This document shows positions 50,219 to 63,859 of a DNA stretch of 64,000 bases, in pieces. The notes below the pieces were generated by a model. That model did not search any database and was not told where the DNA came from. It saw nothing but the letters and a program-made list of their open reading frames with translations. Where the stretch lies: positions 68,140,001 to 68,204,000 of the forward strand of contig NC_086097.1 in the NCBI RefSeq assembly GCF_963921235.1. Reading direction: 5' to 3'. This stretch comes from Mobula hypostoma. Its lineage: Eukaryota. A program made the translations under genes and the position numbers. The stretch's first letter is position 1. Each line of letters begins with the position of its first letter.

Positions 50219-51499
50219 CTTCTATCAGTTTAGTAAGGTTAAAATACATTGATTGCCTGATAATTCACTGTGTTTTGGGCCTCACTTCACACTCAGAACA
50301 TGCTCCAGTGAAAGAGAAGGCGAATGGAATTATAGCATTATATAGAGAGATGCATTACTGACAGATCAGAAACCGGACTCAGATTCTAGTTCTCACTGCT
50401 GCTGCTGCTGTTCTCCCTGGACCCTTCCTGGAGTCTCATGGCTCAGTGTTTAGCTACCCATGAGGGTTAATATTGGAAAGGATGAGGTGTAGGGTTCAGG
50501 GCTACATTCTGGCTGGCATAATTAGGGGCTATCAGCAATTACTCTGTGGTAACAGACTGCTCCAATCCTATGCTCTCTGTCATTGTCTGTTGATTAATGG
50601 AAACAGCTGTCTCCCTAGCATAGGGACTTTTCTATGGTAATCAGATCCAAAATGGTTGACAGCCCTTGAGCTCATTATCAGAAAAAGCTCTGGGCTGAGG
50701 AGAACTTTGCAGCTAAACAAAGGGAGGGATAAAGCAGCCTTCATCGTTCAAGCAGAAAGTGATGAAGGAGTCTTTGGTGTTTGGGGTCATCTGACATTCC
50801 ACAACAATAAAGGCGTTTGCCTGCTAGGTAGGATACATCCCGAGTTCCACATCTGCATGTGCAATGCTCAGTGAGTCCATGCAATAACAGACCCCCATGG
50901 AGTGCTGGATTTGAGCCAGGTTCCTGGCATAGCAACGGGCAGCAGAGGGGAAGGCAGGAGACAGTGTCTGGTTCGCTACCCACTATGCAACAGCCCAGGT
51001 GGATGCTTCTTCAAAAAGAAAGTACAGAGGGATATATCTCTGTGACCATGTGGATTGAAGAACTAACAATATTGTATTAAATAATTCAATTTCTGTAGGG
51101 TAGTAATAGCAGGATACTGGTACATTGTAACTTCCTTGCTTCCTATGGGAAAGATGTACTTGGGCAACTTTCTGCAGTGTAAGCTATTCAATTATGCATA
51201 CATGTTCAATGGTGTTATTGGTACTTAATGTCTACCAGTTTGAAAACATGCAAAATTGCAATACAGCTATATGCATCAAAATATCCTCCCTTTTGCTCTG
51301 TTCAAATAGTAAACCACTACTCCCATATCCATTTTATTCTTTTCATGAAAACTTCAGTTAATTATTATTTGAACATTCAGTCATTTGGTGATATGTGAGA
51401 AGTAACATTTCCTCCAATAAAACACCAGGCAATTGTCATTTCTAACAAGAGAGATCCTAATCAGTTACTCTTCACCTTCAAAGGCATTATCTTCATCAC

Positions 51500-52100
51500 A
51501 TTCTCCAGAAATGACATCCCTGAGGTCACCAATGACCAGAAATTCAAATGGACCAAGGCTATATTGATCTTGGTGCTCTGTAGCAAATCCTTCTCTTTAC
51601 GACACCCTAAACCTTTACAATCGTCAAGGTACTAACACAATGGAAGGTTCTTCAATTAATGGATATGTGCTTGATGTCACTCAGAATAAAACAGCCTCCT
51701 ATTTGACGAACCACCTTGTCCACCACCATAGAATATTCATTTCCTCAACCAATGGTACATGGTGGTTTCAAAGTACACCACCTACAAAATGCCTTACTCA
51801 ACTAGGCTTCTCCGACAACATCTGTCAAACCCCCATCTTCTACCATCATGAAGTACAAAGTTAACAGACACATGAGAATACAACCATTTGCAGGTTCTCT
51901 TCCAAGTCACACCTTCCAGACTCTTGCCAGTCCTTTATCGTCACTGGGTCCAAATCATGGACCTTCTTGTCAACAGAGTTGTTGGAACGTCTTCAGTTTC
52001 AATATTAAAGGTGTAGCAGTTGAACAGACAGCTCAGCTGCACCTTCTTTAGGGATTAGAGATGATCCATTTTTGGATAACCAGATCTCAAAAATGAATAA
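51500..52100 (+). mobile_element. Ancient CR1/L2-group LINE remnant (same family as 1780-2615; a further piece lies at about 52500-52720)
   Basis: ttccaagtcacaccttccagact...tcactgggtccaaatcatgga...caccttcttaggg. Confidence 0.5.
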
Positions 52101-52721
52101 AGAGAAAAGTGTATTTTCAAATACTTACTAGGTATTTTGATTCAATGTAAAGGTATTGACAATTGTCGTTTGTGAAATGAAATATAAAATAAATTACCAT
52201 TATATGGGTAAAAATGTTAAATTTGACCCTAGCAATTAATTTTGACTAACGATTTTAAGGTTGCAGAGTGACAAATACTAAACAATCCATTTCCCTCTAT
52301 TTTAAGTGAAAGAGGATAGTAAAATAGGAATATAAAAACATTCAGACATATCAATCCTCAGATGGGCTGCAAAGAAAAAGAAGCTAGACAATATTTGACT
52401 GTTAACTTTGCTACAGAAGTGTCAGATAATGACTCTCTCCAGCAACACTTTAATCATTTACCCCCAATATCTGCCAGCAATACTGTCGCATCATGGGAAT
52501 AAACAATGACCAAAGTTATAATTAATCTAGCATGAAGCTGTCCACTTTGTCATCCAAACACCACTTGAAAGATTTGTTCCCTCATCCATCACAATCACCG
52601 TGGCTACAGTGCTTACCAAAAACTAAACACACTACAGCAACAGACTATAAATCCTTGTACAAATGCACAATTTTTACTTTGTAGAAAACAGGAATTGCAT
52701 GAGAATGCTACCAATTGTAGA

Positions 52722-53090
52722 GTGGCAGGATGGAGTTACGTCTCCACCAACGGGGGTGTAAGGTGCTCTGCTCCTCTATCAGCCTGTAGGTCACCCTTGG
52801 GCATCTGTTTAGCCCCCTGCCCCTGATCAGGGCCATGTGAAGCCATGTGAGCAGGTGGTGGGTGGTTGTATGAGCAGCTGGTACACATCACAAGTTCTGG
52901 TTATATGACCACTGATACCAGGCAGACAATCTCTGAAGAATGTTGATAATTGCTGGGGTCACCCAACTTGTAAAGATACTGCCCAGAAGGTAATGGCAAA
53001 CCACTTCTGTAGAAAAATTTGCCACGAACAATCATGGTCGTGGAAAGACCATGATCATCCATGTCTTACACCATGGCACATAATGAATGA
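52722..53090 (+). mobile_element. Non-autonomous RTE-related retroposon
   Basis: gaaggtaatggcaaaccacttc (52986-53007) resembles the RTE/BovB-derived motif of Bov-A and Sauria SINEs; hairpin at 53031-53055; (aatg)n tail. Confidence 0.55.
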
Positions 53091-53623
53091 AAGAGCATCA
53101 TTCTAATCTGTAAATATATCACTACTCCTTAACTGTTACTGAGTCTGAACAACGGACTCTACTCAAAAGGACTATCTGATGACTTCAGTAATTTGAACAG
53201 TGAGCACCATACATTGACAGAGCCTCTTTGGTAATAGCACGGAGAATTGCAGGAGAGCAAAGGATATGGGGTGGGGGGGGGGGGTTCCTCATGTTCAACA
53301 CTACTTCATCTGGGCTTGTTTAACTGAATGTGTTCGTGAAGTACTGAACTTCAAAATGGCACTGTTGGGACGAGAAATTCTTCAACACCGTTTTGTTGGT
53401 TTCTCCCTTCATCTTGCTTCTAAAAGCTGGAAAAAATGTGCTGTTGGAATGCTAGATCCAGGCTCCCTTATGTAATGCCATACTGTCTCAGAAACAGTGA
53501 GTACTGCTGAAAAAAAACCTCTTGTTCTATTTCTTACAACTGCAGGCCATACAGCTACAACCTTATTATTGAGACATAAAGGACACAACAGTTATGGAAG
53601 CAATGTCATGTCGATAAGGGGGC

Positions 53624-54146
53624 TCCACTGCTTTCACAGTGCATATGTACAAAGCTATGCAGCGAGTTAAACACCTTTTCAAAAATCACCTGAGACAAAA
53701 GCTTTCTTCACAGTTTTTATTGAGATCTTACTTGTGAAACTGCAGAAAATGTGTATTAAATTCAATACAGAATCATTGCATGCTTGAATATACTAATAAA
53801 GTTAATTAATCTTGCGATCGATGTTAACCAAGGTAATACACACACGCAACACTCCATAATTATACCATGTAAACCAGAGTAATGATTTATTAAGAATAAT
53901 ACTTCCTTCAAAATATATCTACTAAATGTTTACCAATATTAACAAATGCTTAAGACTCAGAGATATTGCTGTTTCAAGAGCAAATAAAGAGAAAATGCAG
54001 ATGGATGTTTTTCCACTGTGTGCTTTAAGTTGAATCCAAATTAATCCGTGCAGGAAATGATATAAGATACAGATTATGTACAAGAAGCGATATCCAGAGA
54101 AAACAAACTTCATACAAAACGAATTTCACCTCTAGAGGCCAGAACA
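53624..54146 (-). repeat. BEL/Pao 3' LTR
   Basis: Direct repeat of 63408-63859; both end ...cagaaca. Confidence 0.85.
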
Positions 54147-54209
54147 ATCCCCACCTGGTATCCTTAGTAGGATGTCAAACCTAACTACTGAAACTAAAAC
54201 TCAAATTAT

Positions 54210-55132
54210 CAACACACACAAAAAGCTGGCGGAACTTAGCAGGCCAGGCAGCATCTATGGAAAAGAGCAAACAGTCTACGTTTTGGTCCAAGACCCTTCA
54301 TCAGGGATGGAAAGGAAGGGACGAAGTCAGAGTAAGAAGGTGGGTGGAAGGGAGGAAGAAGTACAGGGTGGCAGGTGATTGGTGGAACCAGGAGAGAGGG
54401 ACGGGGTGAAGTAAAGAGCTGGGAAATTGATTGGTGAAAGAGCAAAAGGGCTGGAGGGGGGGAAATCTGATAGGAGAGGACAGAAGACCATGGAAGAAAG
54501 GGAAAAAGGAGGAGCACCAGAGGGAGGTGATGGGCAGGTAAGGAGATAAGGTCAGAGAGGGAAACAAGAATATGGAATGGTGAAGGAGAGGAGTTGGGGG
54601 GGGGGGTAATTACTGGAATTTCCAGAAATTGATATTCATGCCATCAAGTTGAAGGCTACCCAGACGAAATATAAGATGTTGCTTCTTCAACTCATCATGG
54701 CAGTAAAGAAGGCCATGGACTGACATGTTGGAATGAGAATGGGAAGTAGAATTGAAACAGGTGACCACTAGCAAATCTCACTTTTTGTGTGTGAACAAAG
54801 CGTAGGTGCTTGACGAAGCGGTCTCCCAATCTATGTCGGGTCTCACCGATATACAGGAGGCCACACCAGGAGCACTAGATAACAGACTTGCAGATGAAGT
54901 GTCACAGCACATGGAAGGACTGTTTGGAGACCTGAATGATAGTGAGGGAGAAGGTGTAGGGGCAAGTATGGCACTTGTTCCACTCGCAAGGTTAAGTGCC
55001 ATGGGGGAGATCAGTGGCAAGGAAGGAGCAGATAAGGGAGTTGCGTAGGGAGCAATCCCTGTGGAAAGTGGAAAGTGGGGGGGGGGATGGAAAGATGTGC
55101 TTGGTGGTGGGATCCTGTTGGAGATGGGAAAA
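54210..55132 (-). mobile_element. Penelope-like element 3' part nested in BEL/Pao
   Basis: Terminal repeat with decayed hammerhead (about 54272-54308); minus-strand CSWCGLLYIGETRHRLGDRFVKHLR GIY-YIG. Confidence 0.9.
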
Positions 55133-58100
55133 GTACTTCAACTGTAGATCAGGCTTCTAATTGTATGCTTTTCTTTAACAATCCATGAACCTGATGGTCT
55201 TATGGCTCCTTGCTGGTCTTGATGACTGATTCGTGAATGTCAAATGAGCAGAAAAGTTAAATGATGCTTAGGTTATTTTCTTCTGAAGTGAGTTGTGTTT
55301 TCTTAATATGTCCTCCAACATGCAGTAGCCCCTCAGAGTCAAGAAAGGGGCATAGGGGGACTTTGGATTGGGAGAGATTCCTGCTTTGTAATGCACTGCA
55401 CTTCCTCTGCATACACCTGTCTTTGAACAACAAGAAGGATTCTAACCTTTGCCCGATTCAGTTGCTCTGCACTGAAAGGTTGCTTCCAAAAGTACCAATC
55501 ACTGCAAAGGCTGGCTTTCCCTAATGCTGTAAATGAATGAGTAATATGTGAGAGTTGGGCAATTGCTCTGGTAAGCGACTTCCAACTTTAAACACGCTTA
55601 AAGCGTGCACTGTCAAGTTGGAGCGGTGACAGTTGGGTGATATTAGTTGGGCCTTGAGGATGTATTTCTACATCTGCCTCAGGGTCGACTAATTTCCTGC
55701 TGATACAGTATGTTCTTGTTGAGGATCAGCCAGAATTGCTGGGCCAGAGAAATATGAGGACAGAGTGGGTGACTTACTTGGAGCCCTCTCAGGAACATAG
55801 TTCCACTGGCACTTCTGGGTTGATCACCTGATGTATTGGACCCTATTATGTACAGAAACATAGAATCTTCCTGCCTTATTAAATACGTAACTGAGCACAA
55901 CTTTGCTGTCAGTAAAAAACTTGCTGTCATCTCGTTCTGTGTCCGCTCTTCTGTTATCATCTCTGCCACCTCAGCTGCTAGAACAGCAACACTGAGTTCA
56001 AGCCTTGGTATGGTGAGATCTGGTTGGGAAGCAAACTTTACTCATCCTCAATGAACCCAACTTCACTACATCCAGCAGTGTCTGTGGCCTTCAGATACGC
56101 AAAGGCAGCAGGAGCTTTAGCAGACGCATCACAGGAGATGCAGACCTATTTCTTTTGAGCTGTAGATAGCGGAATTGTGTGGGTTCTTGGAAACTTCAAA
56201 GGTTTAAGACATGAAGGAGAAGGACAGCACTGCTCCCCCCGCTCCTGTTTCTTTTTAGGGAGTGCGACATCCCATCCACAAGTGTCCGAGGTCAACTCTC
56301 TTTAACATGATGCATCCCATATGCTGACAGGAGCAGCAAATCCAAAGGGGTGAAATAGGCTGTTGATTGTCACCAGCACACCACGATATGTAAAGGGTCT
56401 TTCAGTATCAGCGACCTGTAACGTAAGGGTGTCGGTAGTGAGGTCCTATGCTACAGAGGAGGGAGGTCCTGTCCAAGATCAAGATTTTGTCAGCCTTTGG
56501 CCAGATCTTCAGATGGGAAACTTTGCATGATCTCAGTACTGTCGGATGCAGTTATGCAGTCTGAGATTAGACTATGCCAGCATGTCTTGTGCTGCTCTCA
56601 GCACATTTACTGCTTCTTATGCACTTGAAAATGATTTAAGGTCATCATCAACCCAAAAAAAAAAAGCCTCACTATGTACTTTCACGGCTCCAGTCTTGAA
56701 TTCCTTCTCTCTTGATAGCTGTCTTCTTAAGGCCATGGAGTGCACAGCTGCCAAGTGACAGTTACAAAATACATGAACTCGCTTGTGGTACTCTAGAATC
56801 TCATTGTCCAGTTCGTGGTCACAAAAGCACAAGAATCTGAGAGAGTCTCCATGATCCTCTCTCACTAGGAAGCTGCGGAACATTTGTTCAATGTCTGCCA
56901 TCACTATGATGGAATCAGTTCTGAAGCACATAAGGACCCCGAGCAAATTGTTTTTGAGGGCTGGATCCTGCAATACAGTAATATGCCTTTGAACTGTGCA
57001 CCTCAATCAAAGGCAATTTGTATCTGTGCAGGTTTCTGGAGGTGGTTTGGCAAATACCAGATTTCTTTGTTGGGATCTGGTACAGGAGCTATTGTATCTC
57101 AGCATGGTTGCTCCTGAAGAACTCCTCCATGAACTCCATGTAATGATCTTTTATTTCTGCTTTCCTTCTCAATGTGTGACTGAGGAACATGAGTCAATGA
57201 AGGGCCTGCTCTCTGTTGTTTGTTAGGAGTTGTTGTGGAGAGCAGAAAGGAAGGGGAGCTACCCGAATGTCTGACTCATCTTTGCCAAACTCTTTGTCCA
57301 TGATTCATGATCTGACCTTCAATGGAAGGTGCCATCTTATAATCATCATCTAAGTGATGGAAGGCCAGCTAGCCTAAATCTGGTTAAGCAGAGATAAATA
57401 TATCAGGGCACTTGGTTTGCTTACCTGGAATCTTCTTTTTCATACAGATTCTACTCTTACAGGGTCTGAAATGGCTTGCACACCCGTCCTCCAGAACATT
57501 AGTCTTAAATATGTTGACATGGGCTGAAGAGCACCATCGAGGTTGACCTCACCCACTATGACCCAACCCAGTCATTGGCAATAAAGTGCATTGTGCTAAT
57601 CATTGCAGTGGTCCTGTACCTTATGTGCATGGATGGTGTCTCTACCAAGCAACAGGAGAATCTTGGCAGGACAGTCAAATGGGGGAATGACCGTATGCAG
57701 GATTTGGGATTGCATCCATCGTGTTGGGAGTATGGTTGCACTCAATGAGGGCTGGCAAAGGTAAGCAGACCTCCCCTCCAATTGACTCCACAACAAATCC
57801 ACTGGCTCTTTTTCCAGCAACTTCTGATGTTCTAGAACATCTCTTTAGAGTGTATGGAGTACAGATCTTTTAAAACTGAATATGTCAAAGGATGTTGATT
57901 TTGCCAATGACCCACTGCTCTGAACATCCAATATCACATGTGCCTTTATTTTTTGCTCAGGATGTCCTTTCAGGTAGATGTTGGCTAGACTTATTTTAGA
58001 GCAGGATTTTCCTTGCAAGCTCCTCATGCATACCTGTAAGCATGAGGAAGTAGTTACATCTGATGGATACTCAGCTGGCATCCCGTTGAGCTCTGCTGTG

Positions 58101-58349
58101 GGTGTGCTGGAACCAGTAGTAGTCCAAGGTGCTGGCCCTGGATGAAGTGCTGATGTGTGCTGGTCACTGTTGCAATCAGTGCAGGGTTTGATAGCTTTAC
58201 AGCCTTTTGCTTGGTGCTCTGTTGAAGCACGACATTTGAAACATCTGGAGTGTTCCTTTAGAAAGCATCTTTGGTCTGCAAGTAGTTTTTCACCTAATCC
58301 TCTGCATTTTCTGAAGAGATATAGACAATCAGGGTTCATAATTTTAACT

Positions 58350-58620
58350 AATTTATTTATTGAGATACAAAGTGAAATAGGCCCTTCTGATCCTCCAAGC
58401 CGCATCTCCCAGCAATTCCCCTGACCTAATCCTAGCCTAATCGTGGGACAATTTACAATATCCAATTAACCTACTAACCGGTATGTCTTTGGACTGTGGG
58501 AGAAAACCGGAGAACCTGGAGGAAACCCACGCAGTCACAAGGAGAACACACAAACTCCTTCCCGGCAGTGGCAGGAATTGAACCAGGGTCACTGGTTTTG
58601 TAAACTATGCTACCATGCTG
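58350..58620 (-). mobile_element. HE1/V-type SINE nested in BEL/Pao gag
   Basis: Similar to 33700-34143: tctttggactgtgggagaaaaccggagaacctggaggaaacccac; ggaattgaacc. Confidence 0.85.
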
Positions 58621-58840
58621 CAGCTGAGTTCTCTGCTTCAGTTTTATTGACTGTGATAGGGGCTTTGATTTTCCATGCTTTTGCTGGAGACCTGTCTTTG
58701 ATTCAGGTGTTGGCGGAAGTTGAGAGCACAAAACTAGGGTTATTTTGCAATTCTGCATGGTGGCTGCCGAATTCTACAAAGAATGAAAATGGCGGATAGT
58801 GGGCACGATATTTCATTTTGTACCTGAACCCTTCAGTTAT

Positions 58841-61530
58841 ATAACCATATAACCATATAACAATTACAGCACGGAAACAGGCCATCTCAGCCCTTCTAGT
58901 CCGTGCCGAACGCTTACTCTCACTTAGTCCCAACGACCTGCACTCAGCACATAACCCTCCATTCCTTTCCTCTCCATATACCTATCCAATTTTTTTTAAA
59001 TGACAAAATCGAACCTGCCTCTACCACTTCCACTGGAAGCTCATTCCACACAGCTACCACTCTCTGAGTAAAGAAGTTCCCCCTCATGTTACCCCTAAAT
59101 TTTTGCCCCCTAACTCTCAACTCATGTCCTCCTGTTTGAATCTCCCCTACTCTCAATGGAAAAAGCCTATCCACGTCAACTCTATCTATCCCCCTCATAA
59201 TTTTTAATACCTCTATCAAGTCCCCCCTCAACCTTCTATGCTCCAAAGAATAAAGACCTAACTTGTTCAACCTTTCTCTGTAACTTAGGTGCTGAAACCC
59301 AGGTAACATTCTAGTAAATCTCCTCTGTACTCTCTCTATTTTGTTGACATCTTTCCTATAATTTGGTGACCAGAACTGTACACAATACTCCAAATTTGGC
59401 CTCACCAATGCCTTGTACAATTTTAACATTACATCCCAACTCCTGTACTCAATGCTTTGATTTATAAAGGCCAGCATACAAAACGCTTTCTTCACTATCC
59501 TATCCACACGAGATTCCACCTTCAGGGAACTATGCACCGTTATTCCTAGATCACTCTGTTCTACTGCATTCCTCAATGCCCTACCATTTACCATGTATGT
59601 CCTATTTTATGTATGGTATGTCCTACCAAAATGCTGCACCTCACACTTATCAGCATTAAACTCCATTTGCCATCTTTCAGCCCACTCTTCTAACTGGCCT
59701 AAATCTCTCTGCAAGCTTTGAAAACCTACTTCATCATCCACAACTCCACCTATCTTAGTATCATCTGCATATTTACTAATCCAATTTACCATCCCATCAT
59801 CCAGATCATTAATGTATATGACAAACAACATTGGACCCAGTACAGATCACTGAGGCACACCACTAGTCACCGGCCTCCAACCTGACAAACAGTTATCCAC
59901 CACTACTCTCTGGCATCTCCCATCCAGCCACTGTTGAATCCATTTTACTACTTCAATATTAATACCTAATGATTGAACCTTCCTAACTAACCTTCCATGT
60001 GGAACCTTGTCAAAGGCCTTACTGGTCCATATAGACAACATCCACCGCTTTACCCTCGTCAATTTTCCGAGTAACCTCTTTAAAAAATTCAATAAGATTT
60101 GTCAAACATGACCTTCCATGCACAAATCCATGTTGACTGTTCCTAAGCAGACCCTGTTTATCCAGATAATTACAATTGTATATATACCATCTCTAAGAAT
60201 ACTTTCCATTCAGTTACCCACCACTGACGTCAAACTCACAGGCCAATAATTGCTAGGTTTACTCTTAGAACCCTTTTTAAACAATGGAACCACATGAGCA
60301 ATACGCCAATCTTCTGGCACCATCCCTGTTTCCAATGACATTTGAAATATTTCTGTCAGAGCTCCTGCTATTTCGACACTAACTTCTCTCAAGGTCCTAT
60401 GGAATATCCTGTCCGGACCCGGAGACTTGTCCACTTTTATATTCCCTAAAAGTGCCAGTACTTCCTCTTCTTTAATCATCACAATGCCATTAGTTTCAAT
60501 ATAGTTTCCATAACTACCCTACTTGTTTCCCTTACCTTACACAATTCAATATCCTTCTCCTCAGTGAATACCAAAGAAAAGAAATTGTTTTAAATCTCCC
60601 CCATCTTTTTTGGCTCCACACATAGCTGTCCACTCTGATTCTCTAACGGACCAATTTTATCCCTCACTATCCTTTGGCTATTATTAATATAACTGTAGGA
60701 ACCATTTGCATTTATATTCACCTTACTTGCCAAAGCAACCTCATATCTTTTTTTAGCTTTTCTAATTTCTTTCTTAAGATTCTTTTTACATTCTTTATAT
60801 TCCTCGAGCACCTCATTTACTCCAAGCTGCCTATATTTATTGTAGATCTCTCTCTTTCTCCGAACCAAGTTTCCAATATCCCTTGAAAACCATGGCTCTC
60901 TCAAACTTTTAATCTTTCCTTTCAACCTAACAGGAACATAAGGATTCTGTACCCTCAAAATTTCACCTTTAAATGACCTCCATTACTCTATTACATCCTT
61001 CTCATAAAACAAATTGTCCCAATCCACTCCTTCTAAATCCTTTCGCATCTCCTCAAAGTTAGCCTTTCTCCAATCAAAAATCTCAACCCTGGGTCCAGTC
61101 CTATCCTTTTCCATAATTATATTGAAACTAATGGCATTATGATCACTGGACCCGAAGTGCTCCCCAACACATACCTCTGTCACCTGCCCTATCTCATTCC
61201 CTAACAGGAGATCCAACACTGCCCCTTCTCTAGTTGGTACCTCTATGTATTGCTGCAAAAAACTATCCTGCACACATTTTACAAACTCCAAACTATCCAG
61301 CCCTTTTACAGAATGGGCTTCCCAGTCTATGTGTGGAAAATTAAAATCTCCCACAATCACAACCTTGTGCTTACTGCAAATACCTGCTATCTCCTTACAA
61401 ATTTGCTCCTCCAATTCTCGCTCCCCATTAGGTGGTCTATAATGCACCCCTATAAGCGTTGCTACACCTTTCCTATTCCTCAATTCCACCCAAATAGCCT
61501 CCCTAGACAAGCCCTCTAATCTATCCTCTG
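58841..61530 (-). mobile_element. CR1 LINE (partial APE, RT, C-terminus) nested in BEL/Pao gag
   Basis: YRPP, VGDFNFPHIDW, SSDH (APE); KAFDKVPH, SGVPQ, KYADDTK (RT); (ataaccat)n tail. Confidence 0.95.
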
Positions 61531-62344
61531 TTATCCTCTGTTCCTGCATATTGTTCGGTAGTTTCTCCACTATAGGGTTTATTCCTGCTGCTGTGTCCAA
61601 GAAACTCAGTCCTAATAGGTAACCCTCATTTTCTTTTGCATTTTGCAGTTCCCACAAATCTGCAAGTTCCAGTACCCTCTCTAGTTCTTCATGTGAGAGA
61701 TTTGGAAAATTTTCGAGTCTACTGAAGAGAGATTCTTCAATCGCCTCCGAGAACAGAAAAGGTCTAGCTCTTCACTAGGTTTCAGACCTAGCCCTTCCAC
61801 GGTACTGCAAAAGCTTGACTTCCAGGACAGATGACTGGCAGACTGGTTGTCACACACATTTAGTCCTGCTGTGAGTAGGTCTCGATGAGCCAGATACCAA
61901 GCCAAATTTAATGCACCAGAATGAAAGCATTGTAGAGACTGGTTTGCCAAATGTATGTCCTGGGATAGTTGGAAGCTCAGTCTGTCCATGTCTGTGCAGA
62001 TGGTGTTGGCTTCAGCAGCAACTCTTGACTGAGGTCTTTGCTGTGGTGGAATTGCACAAGAGTGGACTGTGGATCTTTGCTGCGGTAGATATTGACTGTC
62101 AATACATGGACTATGTGAAAGGCCTATTGGCTATGTGGTGTGGACAGCTTCCCTTTGTAGAGCTGGAGCATTGTTTTTCTATAGACAAAATGCATTTGGA
62201 CGTATTCTTTAGTAAGGTGCATTGGCTGTTGTGACAGCACAGCAGGACTGATTCTGGTTTTAGACTCACCACTGTCCAAGTCAGCTGTTGCTTCTGCTGA
62301 GGCAGCCTCAGCTTTATGCTTTTCCTGAAGTACACTTAACGTAG

Positions 62345-62505
62345 CTTCTATATGTGCTCTCTCCATGACTATATGTGCTTTCTTCAAATCCACACGTACT
62401 TTCATGTCTATACATGCTCTGTGCATGCATTCTCCACGACTATACATGCTTTCTCCATGTCTACACATGCTTTCTCCATTACTATATGTGCTTTCTCCAT
62501 ATCTA
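62345..62505 (-). repeat. 21-bp coding tandem repeat in BEL gag
   Basis: ctatatgtgctttctccatga-like units encode MEKAHIV / MEKACVD / MEKACIV heptads. Confidence 0.8.
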
Positions 62506-62552
62506 TTCGAGGTCTCTCTCTTTGCATCTCAACTTCACATGTAGCATAAGCA

Positions 62553-63187
62553 GAGGCGGGAGAAGATGGCGCGACGCAGCGCACGCAGCCTCTCCGGTGA
62601 AATGATATCGTATTTGTTAAATAGGGTACCGTGCACAATTCTGATTTGATGGAGATGGACGTGAGAAGCACAGAGGAACATCTGGAGAAACTTCTGAAAT
62701 GCCCGGTTCACTGCCGCTGCTACTGTGCAATCGAGAATCTCCAGAGGGAAGGCCCCAAATCCTCGGCTTTGCCCGCTGCTGGCGACCAGGGATGGGGTCG
62801 AAGCACTGGGCAGAGATGGTGCTCGGTGCTCGGTGTTGGAGGGCTGGTCGGAGGCTTGAAGTTTTCGGACGACTCAGAGTCGGACTGTGGTCGGGCATGG
62901 CAGAGAGAGTTTTCTTCCTTCTGCCGTCTGCGTGAGATGTGGGACTTTCGAGAGACTTTGAACTTTTTTACCGTGCTCATGGCCTGTTCTTCATCAAATT
63001 ATGGTACTGCTTGCGCTGTTGTAACTATATGTTATAATTATGTGGTTTTTGTCAGTTTTTCAGTCTTGGTCTGTCCTGTGTTTCTGTGATATCACATCAG
63101 AGGAATATTGTATCATTCCTTAATGCATGCATTACTAAATGACAATAAAAGAGGACTGCGTGTCCTCAAAATCTAACCTAATCTAAT
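62553..63187 (+). mobile_element. Young CpG-rich non-autonomous retroposon nested in BEL gag
   Basis: Head AAGATGGCG (62563); 3' AATAAA, hairpin GAGGAC-tgcgt-GTCCTC (63151-63167), (aatct)n tail; interrupts gag ...TAEAAR | ...AYATCEVEM. Confidence 0.75.
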
Positions 63188-63407
63188 TCTTGCTGCTTCA
63201 GCAGTGACACGGGCTCACACTGCAGCTATGCTAATCATGGATTAGTTTGAGCATTGTGAAGACGTGATTGATGTGCCACATTCTGACCTCACTTCCACAT
63301 CTTGGTGATCGATGTTGCTCGGGTCAGAAGCTGACATTGCTATGTACGGTGTTCAGACTCATCTCCAGTTCATGGATAATGCCTTAGAAGATGAGTTATC
63401 TTTTCAC

Positions 63408-63859
63408 CCTACTGCCCTCACAGTGTGTATGTACAAAGCAATGTAGCAAGTTAAACACCTTCTCAAAAGTCACCTAAGATGGAAGCTTTCTTCAGGGTTT
63501 TGAATGAGGTCTTACTTATGAAACAGCAGAAGGTTAAGTAAAATGCGTATTAAATTCAACACAGAATCGTCATACGCCTGAATATACTAATACTGTTGAT
63601 TATTCTCATGAATGGTCTTAACCAAGGTAATACATACACGGAACTCTCCATATTATGCTATGTAAACTAGAGTAAACTCATGCTACAATATTATTTTAAT
63701 AACGATAAACACAACACTTCCTTCAATATATACCTACTACGTGTTTACCAATATTAGCAAAAGCTTAAGACTCACAGATATTACTGTTCCAAGGGCAGTT
63801 AAAGAGAGGATGGAGATGGATGCCTTTCAAAACAAATAATACCTCTAGAGTTCAGAACA
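63408..63859 (-). repeat. BEL/Pao 5' LTR
   Basis: Direct repeat of 53624-54146; putative gag ATG at 63337 downstream on the minus strand. Confidence 0.85.

Larger units (their letters stand above)
53624..63859 (-). mobile_element. Full-span degenerate BEL/Pao LTR retrotransposon
   Basis: Two LTRs, TSD GGGGC (53619-53623, 63860-63864), PPT ccaggtgggga beside the left LTR; gag Zn knuckles CFKCRASTEHQAKGC...CTDCNSDQHTSALH, protease HVILDVQS, RT ADIEQMF...LRFL...VDDDL, RNase H CDAS / ELSVAVLA. Confidence 0.92.

Noticed and set aside
58560..58620. tRNA-like B-box sequence (also near 34080, 48125 and 50910)
   Set aside because: SINE heads; no cloverleaf could be formed
62124..63089. Cluster of 65-150 aa ORFs
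   Set aside because: Fragments of BEL gag repeats and the GC-rich insert; no host protein similarity recognised
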